Source: Promethearchaeum syntrophicum
Lineage (GTDB): Archaea > Asgardarchaeota > Lokiarchaeia > Sigyniarchaeales > Promethearchaeaceae
Direction of reading: 5' to 3'
Assembly: GCF_008000775.2 (NCBI RefSeq)
Contig: NZ_CP042905.2
Span: 2,760,001 to 2,792,000, forward strand
DNA: 32,000 nucleotides
A program made the position numbers and the translations under genes. The notes beneath the pieces were generated by a model. It was not told where the DNA came from. It ran no database searches and saw only the letters and a list, made by a program, of their open reading frames with translations. This document shows positions 26,701 to 32,000 of this stretch, piece by piece. Position 1 is the first letter of the stretch. Each line of letters opens with the position of its first letter.

Positions 26701-29098
26701 AACATTTAATTGCATTTATATAATTTGCAGTTTGAAAATAGAAAAATCCATATTTTCTACATAAATCAATATTCCCTAAAATTTTTCCAATATTTTGACC
26801 ATTAACAGGAAAATCAGTCAAATATCCATATTTTTTTTCATCTAACTTAATTAATGATTGTAATGTATCTACATCAAGATAAATTGAGAAAGATTTAAAA
26901 AGACAGAGCTCAGAATCCTTCGAATTTCCACGCGCCATAAGCAACTTTCCCAATTCAAACCATAAATGGTGATTATCAGGATTATTATGCAATCCTCGTA
27001 GGAAATAATTTACGGCTCTATGATAATTACTCCGTTGAATTTCTAATAAACCTATTTCTAAATAAATTTCGTCCTTTCTAACACTTAGAATCAAGGATTG
27101 TTCTAAATTATTTAACGCTTTTTCATATTGACCATTATTGAGGAAAATTCTTCCAAGAAAGAAATTTACTCGGCTAAGATCCTCCTTAATTTCGTTGCTA
27201 ACTTGGACATAGGGCTGGGATTGAATTTTAAAATCTAGAAGTTTCAAAGATTGATTAAAATACTGCTTTGAATTATCTATTTCGCTTGAATTAAACTCAA
27301 AAACTCCATAATTTAACCATATTTTATAATCATTCGGAAACAATTTAATACATTTCTCGTAGAGTTCTCTAAGTTCAAAATTCTTTTTCTGCTTAGTTAA
27401 CAAATTTAATTTCAATTTTAATCCGAAAACATTCTTGGGGTCTTTTATTAATATTTTTTTAATTTTCTCCTCAGTAGATTGGAAATCGTTTAGATGAAAG
27501 TAAATCTGAGCCTGTAAAAAGTCAATTTTTTCTTCGGGGATTAAAATCGGCGATTTACTCTGAAGTCCGATTGTTGCTCTTTTTTGAAGCCCTTTTTTTA
27601 GATGAATTAAAGCTTCTTCATAATTTCCTTCATGGAAGAACATTTGTCCAAGTATTATATCATAATACCTTAAATTTGGATCATATTTTGTCAAGATTTT
27701 ATAGTATGGAATTGCTTTGAAATCAAATCCTAATTTCTGATAAAGATCCCCTAATTCCACAATTATTGCAATATTATCTGGTTTTAATTTAATCGCAGAT
27801 AACAGCATATCTTCAACTCCATCTAATTCATTTTTTGTCATTAATATGCTAGCAAGGACAGATATCGCTTCATAATGATTGGGATCTTTTGATACTAATG
27901 TTTTAAGAACCGCCTCTGCAAAATCAGTATTTTTATTTTGTAATGCACTCATAGCCATTACAAAAGAGGTCTGAGGATGAAAAAAATTCCGCAATAAGGA
28001 ATTTTCTTGTGGGTAATCAACAAATTTAATGATATCTTCATAATGGGGTAATTCTTCAAAGCGAAGATTTTCATATTTTGAGTTTATATTATTTTCATTT
28101 GTTTCTTCGTTGTATTCAAATTTTTTATCTTGCATCTTTATTTTTTTAATTGCTTTTTGGTAAATTTTAGGAGAATAGTATGTTTCAGAAACTTTTTTTG
28201 CGTCTTCAAATAAAGAAAGCGCTTCTCTTAGATCTTCTAAATTATCTGATTCCGTCAAAGTCGAAGCCATTAGATCTTTGGCATAACATATCATTTTTTC
28301 ATTCTTGATACTTTCTGCTAATTTTAACATTGTTTCCGCAATTTGGCCTGAGAATCCAATGAGTTCATTAGAAAGAAATTGCCATCCTAAATCATTTAAT
28401 TGGATTAATATATTTTCTCGCAAATCTGGTTCTTCTTTAAAAAGTACAGCGTATTTATCAATGATTGCTTCAACTGAAAGGGGATCATTTAAGCCTAAAA
28501 TTTGATTTCTTTTTTCAATTTTTTTTGAAGCTTCTTTATTTTTTCCTAAATTTTTAAGCGAATATGCCCAATATTCCAAAGTTCCGCAATTTTCTGGATC
28601 TAGCTTGTGAGTTTTTTCAAAATATGATATTGCTTCAGCGTGATTTTTTTTTTCATAATTAATTACACCTAACATATGTAATGCAGCAGCATAATTTGGG
28701 TCGATATTTAAACAGATTTTAAATTCTTTTTCTGATTTCTCATCAGATTTTTGTAAGAAAAATATATGTCCAAGATAAAAATGAGCTAATAGATGATTTG
28801 AATCGATTCTGATAATATTTTCAAAACACTTTTGAGATTCGGTGTAATTTTTTCGGTGTAGGTAATCCCTTCCCCATCGAAGCCATCCTTTGATAGTTGA
28901 GGGTTTTCTATATTGCCGAATTATAGGAATTCTTGAAATATAATCACTTAAAAACTGATTGTCCTTATCATTTTCCCCAAACCTAAAATTAAATTTTTCT
29001 GGAATTTCTTTATTTTTTGATTTTTTTATTAATTCGTTAATTTTTTTATTTATCTCTTCATTTTCTTCATTTTCTTCATTTTTGCCTGATAAACTCAT
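23780..29098 (-). CDS. Very large TPR + leucine-rich-repeat protein with unassigned C-terminal domain
   Basis: Many TPR motifs (e.g. NYTESQKCFENIIRIDSNHLLAHFYLGHIFF, PNYAAALHMLGVINYEKKNHAEAISYFEKTHKLDPE), then LRRs (LTTLPDSIGNFSNLQKIDLTSNNLTEFPASFQKL, LTEIPEHIQKLKELRTLNLSSNKISSIPS). Confidence 0.93.
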   Translation of the reverse strand: MSLSGKNEENEENEEINKKINELIKKSKNKEIPEKFNFRFGENDKDNQFLSDYISRIPIIRQYRKPSTIKGWLRWGRDYLHRKNYTESQKCFENIIRIDSNHLLAHFYLGHIFFLQKSDEKSEKEFKICLNIDPNYAAALHMLGVINYEKKNHAEAISYFEKTHKLDPENCGTLEYWAYSLKNLGKNKEASKKIEKRNQILGLNDPLSVEAIIDKYAVLFKEEPDLRENILIQLNDLGWQFLSNELIGFSGQIAETMLKLAESIKNEKMICYAKDLMASTLTESDNLEDLREALSLFEDAKKVSETYYSPKIYQKAIKKIKMQDKKFEYNEETNENNINSKYENLRFEELPHYEDIIKFVDYPQENSLLRNFFHPQTSFVMAMSALQNKNTDFAEAVLKTLVSKDPNHYEAISVLASILMTKNELDGVEDMLLSAIKLKPDNIAIIVELGDLYQKLGFDFKAIPYYKILTKYDPNLRYYDIILGQMFFHEGNYEEALIHLKKGLQKRATIGLQSKSPILIPEEKIDFLQAQIYFHLNDFQSTEEKIKKILIKDPKNVFGLKLKLNLLTKQKKNFELRELYEKCIKLFPNDYKIWLNYGVFEFNSSEIDNSKQYFNQSLKLLDFKIQSQPYVQVSNEIKEDLSRVNFFLGRIFLNNGQYEKALNNLEQSLILSVRKDEIYLEIGLLEIQRSNYHRAVNYFLRGLHNNPDNHHLWFELGKLLMARGNSKDSELCLFKSFSIYLDVDTLQSLIKLDEKKYGYLTDFPVNGQNIGKILGNIDLCRKYGFFYFQTANYINAIKCFDQVLQENPNDLIILLISAETYLNLNQFQRALNIIEKIEKNNQDSFITQKIENEFYNTFQATLSLIKGKYYIYQFQYRKSILAFNKSISLNPKNWISYYYLGINYFILNDFKASKSNFEKVISIDSKIYLAEAHLGYISKILDHEELINQKKTVQKMKFYYDLKLFAPEVDALLDLEDLFGEEIPAISSNNPFSGMRSSTYHPFHFTLRDGHVIELAICGKKLTTLPDSIGNFSNLQKIDLTSNNLTEFPASFQKLRKLININLDYNKFEILPEYLFNFADLSFLSLKSNPIRGLDYQQLEATEPQRIYLWLKGLYEFEKKDEYQNLKLLSESLGLEIKKFHDFAEIRDNRVERLKLSNLNLETIPEMIFKFPNLHDLDLSKNSLTEIPEHIQKLKELRTLNLSSNKISSIPSCIDHLQSLAVLELWENPLLSLPESLLNMPNLVRLEINEKQCLSESLKNQFFQGMRLFSKDVQILRKLESDLGGLPDECVSSNFGRISSLYFPSLSLDSLPGYIDDLDALNYIHYGKNPNYSELEKNSSYIYQGARISSDEKRELIQLSKKVGEDIHFLDPDDYGDSDDFYFTTKNNHVTSITINKKLIGDFPKQILNFPYLQNLTLTEINIKKIPKEIQNLKDLRKMDLYSNDLSALPDSFANLQNLLTLNIGNNKFQILPNCLSELNKLYSLYIYGNPWNLDAQQIFVESNKYGCPFEEIEHVFELEIEKFKNLLRNKHHLRVLNDISTIPSKTEHFPSEFTQEQKFVKILDTLNQELVFSLENKQTIKKCIDQVTTNKQNSLSIFIDGSDWQKLYNHPIKMMEIFKLPIFLFNKKSNFDKLVYFNPNIAEMNRNDLEVSIFTQLYEILMGYLWNYELGRYSDLEKIWNFFRANSEILWIFKGKRRDDLMVLVVIPSKESPIYIAEFIVKSIFGTNVKYFKCSDPNIVKEYSLFKPSPNFSPATFDHLEKIIEEKIRRS

Positions 29099-29322
29099 AA
29101 TATGGATTACCTTTGACTTTTTTTGATTATATTATTATTAATTCTTTGAGTATAAAAAAAAGACGATTTTTTCTAAAAATCAGGTAAACAAGATTATCGC
29201 TAAAAAATTTGGAAATTAAACAAATTCAAACAAAAATCTATAGTTAATGAATGTCAAATTAGGATCTCAAAAAATCCCTAAAAAGGAAAAAATTAGATGG
29301 AATCGTGCATATTGGTAGCTTA

Positions 29323-29958
29323 ATGCCAGAAAATACTTCCGTTGATGCGGATGAACAATACACGTACGAGATTCAGAATGTCGTTGCGACAGTAATTGCA
29401 GAGATAAAGGAAAAGATCGATTTAAAAATAATTGCGAGCGCGTATCCTGATGTGGAGTATAATCCAGAACGTTTCCCCGGCTTAGTAATGCGGATTATTA
29501 AACCAAAAGCGACAGGGCTTATTTTTTCAACCGGAAAAATGGTCATCACGGGAATGAAGCGCCCCACGGAAGCCCCCTCAGTTGTAAAGCAAATTATCGC
29601 CCGGGTAAATAAATGTAAAGTTGATATAAAAAATCCTATCATTACTATTCAAAATTTTGTGGTGTCGGGGGATATTAAATGCGGGATAGATCTGAATAAA
29701 GCGACAATAGTCATGGAAAATGTGATGTATGAACCGGAGGTCTTTCCCGGATTGATTTATCGGATGAAAAACCCAAAATCAGTTTTATTACTATTTTCAA
29801 CAGGAAAAATTGTATGTACGGGAGTTAAAGATGAAGAAACGGTAAAGCTCGTGTTTGATAAACTTTATCGAGTCGTGCGTGAATATGAAGTGAATATGGA
29901 TCCCTCAAAATTTGGAGAGTTTGAAGAATCTGAAGAAGAAGAAATGTTATTTTTATAA
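29323..29958 (+). CDS. tbp: TATA-box-binding protein
   Basis: Two-fold repeated TBP domain: IQNVVATVIAEIKEKIDLKIIASAYPDVEYNPERFPGLVMRIIKPKATGLIFSTGKMVITG and ITIQNFVVSGDIKCGIDLNKATIVMENVMYEPEVFPGLIYRMKNPKSVLLLFSTGKIVCTG, with an acidic C-terminal tail. Start could be GTG 29305 or ATG 29323. Confidence 0.97.
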   Translation: MPENTSVDADEQYTYEIQNVVATVIAEIKEKIDLKIIASAYPDVEYNPERFPGLVMRIIKPKATGLIFSTGKMVITGMKRPTEAPSVVKQIIARVNKCKVDIKNPIITIQNFVVSGDIKCGIDLNKATIVMENVMYEPEVFPGLIYRMKNPKSVLLLFSTGKIVCTGVKDEETVKLVFDKLYRVVREYEVNMDPSKFGEFEESEEEEMLFL

Positions 29959-30034
29959 TAGACATAATTTTTTGTTAATTTTTCCGAAAATGGATAGGTG
30001 TAAATTAAGAACCAAAAAAATAGAATCATTTCAT

Positions 30035-30961
30035 CTATTTATTTCTTATATTACTCAATCTCTTTTCGAAATCTGTTTTAGATTCAGTTAAAATCATTAT
30101 TCCTTCAATAAAACTAAGTATACCTGGAATGAATGTCCAAGATAGGCATAAATAGATAATTCCTAATGTTGTATCACCCATATAAAATTTATGGACACCT
30201 AAATCACCAACCACTAATGCTAATAATCCAGATATATTTTGTTGTGGGTCGGAAGATTGAAGTGGATTTGGTGAAGATGTTGTAGGTCTAAAATTTGGAG
30301 GACTGGTTGTATTTAGAGAAGAATTATCTTGATGTCGATAATTTTCTGAAGAATTTTGAAATGCATCCTTCCCGACATGTAACTCCCATTTTATTTCATC
30401 AAATTGACCGATTATATATCCTTCCCGAATTTTCTTCAGAAGTTTTTTCTTTGCTTTTAATGGCTGAATATTACAGGAAATGGCAAGTTGGTTTATCTGA
30501 ATAACTTTTTCGGTTTGGATCAGTTCCATTAATTTTTGTTCAAAAATTGATGTCTGCTTAAATACCCATTGATAATTTTTGATCCAGAAAAGGTATACAA
30601 TAAAATTTACGACGATAGGAAGGAAAATTAGCGTTATTGAAGCAAAAAGATCTTGATGACTAAAAGTAATGATTAATCCCAATAAAAAGGTTAATGGGAA
30701 CAGAATCTTTAAAATGAAATTGATTTGTTTAATAAAGCCTTCTGATACACCTTTTTTTGCATAAGATTGATTTAAAATAAAGAGGTAAGCAATGAAAATT
30801 GTTTGATATAAAAATGGGGAGAGGAAAGGTCCTAATCTTATATTAATTATCCCAAAATATGAAGAAAAAAGAAAAAATGCGGTATTGAGAAAGAAAAAGA
30901 CGATAATTGTTTTTTTTGGAACTTTCTCATGAGTAGAAGTTAAAATTTTGTTTGTGTTCAT
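30035..30961 (-). CDS. TM2-domain membrane protein, paralog of 19182-20147
   Basis: NISGLLALVVGDLGVHKFYMGDTTLGIIYLCLSWTFIPGILSFIEGIMIL plus the same central segment LMELIQTEKVIQINQLAISCNIQPLKAKKKLLKKIREGYIIG. Confidence 0.88.
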   Translation of the reverse strand: MNTNKILTSTHEKVPKKTIIVFFFLNTAFFLFSSYFGIINIRLGPFLSPFLYQTIFIAYLFILNQSYAKKGVSEGFIKQINFILKILFPLTFLLGLIITFSHQDLFASITLIFLPIVVNFIVYLFWIKNYQWVFKQTSIFEQKLMELIQTEKVIQINQLAISCNIQPLKAKKKLLKKIREGYIIGQFDEIKWELHVGKDAFQNSSENYRHQDNSSLNTTSPPNFRPTTSSPNPLQSSDPQQNISGLLALVVGDLGVHKFYMGDTTLGIIYLCLSWTFIPGILSFIEGIMILTESKTDFEKRLSNIRNK

Positions 30962-31238
30962 ACTTTTTCACGTTTTAGCTAAATAATTATAAAATAATCT
31001 ACCTTAATGTATTTAATTTTTTTCCTATTTCCTAATTGAAATACAGAAATTTCCAGAAAAGTAATATTAATTAAGCTAATAGCAATTTTTTTTTATTTTC
31101 GTTATTTTTAAAATTAAAAATATGGAAGTTTTAAATTAATAAAATAATAATTTTTTGAAAAAGAATTTTCTTAAGAAGAACTGCTATTTTTATAAACGAA
31201 ATATATTTTTATACTTGTGTTTACTAGTATATTATGAT

Positions 31239-31529
31239 ATGTCAATTGTGAAAATTACGAACAAACAATATTTAGATGAATTAATTGCCAAAATCACGTT
31301 AAGATTAGGGAGGAAACCAACCCAGCAGGAAATTTTAGATCACTGTGTAAGATTGGGGCAAGATCATTTTGATGAGCTAATTCAGAGAATAAATCCAAGT
31401 CCTATTTTTGATGATAAAAAGCTCCAAGACATAATCGATATGCGGGAAAAACTTTCAAAGATCAAATGGTATCCTGCTGAACGAGATAATTTTATTAATG
31501 AAGAGGATGCGGATATTTACACCGCTTAA
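31239..31529 (+). CDS. Small protein upstream of PIN toxin, candidate VapB-like antitoxin
   Basis: MSIVKITNKQYLDELIAKITLRLGRKPTQQEILDHCVRLGQDHFDELIQRINPSPIFDD. Position 66 nt upstream of the PIN gene. The extra N-terminus in the track ORF (31155) looks non-coding. Confidence 0.6.
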   Translation: MSIVKITNKQYLDELIAKITLRLGRKPTQQEILDHCVRLGQDHFDELIQRINPSPIFDDKKLQDIIDMREKLSKIKWYPAERDNFINEEDADIYTA

Positions 31530-31594
31530 AAAAACAATCAAACGCATATAATTATTTAGATTTAAAATTGATTTAACAAGGATAGATAAAAAAA

Positions 31595-32000
31595 ATGGCA
31601 ATCTTCTTAGATACGGGATTTTTTTTAGGATTGGTATATCCCAGTGATCCTTATTACAAAAGAAGTGAGGAATTATTAAAAATCCTAAAAACGGGTAAGC
31701 ATGGGCAAATTTTTACTTCAACCTTTATAATAGCAGAGACATTAACTTTGGTGGCTGTTCGATCAAGGAATAATTCAGTGGTGTTGAAAGAAATTGATAA
31801 ATTTTTCAAAGGGGATAAACAGATAGCGATTATTTTGAGACCAGATGAGCAAATTGAAGACGAATCTATCAAATTATTTTTAAAGGTAAATAAAAATTCA
31901 AAAAATAAGACAGTCTCCTTTGTTGATTGTTCGAATATAATTTTCTGTAGAAGGCGTGGAATAGACTCTATTTTGGCATATGATAAGCATTTTGATGCTT
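31595..32000 (+). CDS. PIN-domain (VapC-like) toxin, 3'-truncated at window edge
   Basis: ATG 31595: MAIFLDTGFFLGLVYPSDPYYKRSEELLKILKTGKHGQIFTSTFIIAETLTLVAVRSRNN...KTVSFVDCSNIIFCRRRGIDSILAYDKHFDA. PIN acidic residues at LDTG, AETLT, SFVDC and AYDKHF. Not in the ORF track because no stop is reached. Confidence 0.85.
   Translation, partial: MAIFLDTGFFLGLVYPSDPYYKRSEELLKILKTGKHGQIFTSTFIIAETLTLVAVRSRNNSVVLKEIDKFFKGDKQIAIILRPDEQIEDESIKLFLKVNKNSKNKTVSFVDCSNIIFCRRRGIDSILAYDKHFDA

Noticed and set aside
1-32000. CRISPR arrays, tRNA/rRNA genes, transposase or integrase genes
   Set aside because: No regularly spaced direct repeats, cloverleaf-like tRNA sequences, rRNA-like sequence or recognisable transposase/integrase ORFs were seen on reading; a dedicated scan (CRISPRDetect, tRNAscan-SE, ISfinder) would be needed to be certain.

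Overview
AT-rich archaeal window. A TATA-binding protein gene plus TM2-domain, WD40 and a very large TPR-LRR protein suggest an Asgard-like archaeon; this assignment is inference. The left half (1-16680) reads as a dense defence island. It holds: (i) a large P-loop/AAA-type ATPase gene entering from the left edge; (ii) a minus-strand restriction-modification-like operon made of a MutY/MIG-type mismatch glycosylase, a C5 cytosine methyltransferase with a C-terminal extension, a PD-(D/E)XK protein and an HNH protein; (iii) divergently from it, a plus-strand cassette NurA - HerA - 49-aa mini-ORF - hookless Rad50/SMC-like ATPase - uncharacterised protein - MORC/Hsp90-like GHKL ATPase / histidine kinase - receiver-domain protein with an unusual C-terminus. 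The GHKL and histidine-kinase ORFs appear to be one gene broken at a run of 15 A residues. That run contains an in-frame A_AAA_AAG heptamer, so it is either a homopolymer error, a real mutation, or a programmed -1 frameshift. The combination of DNA resection machinery, an SMC-like ATPase and a two-component-like sensor/receiver pair is the best candidate for an undescribed system. The right half contains a MATE transporter, two small ORFs with strong Shine-Dalgarno sequences, a wHTH-membrane protein, a secreted protein, a tandem WD40-like duplication, a TPR-LRR protein, TBP, paired TM2 paralogs, and a VapBC-like module whose toxin gene runs off the right edge and is missing from the supplied ORF track.
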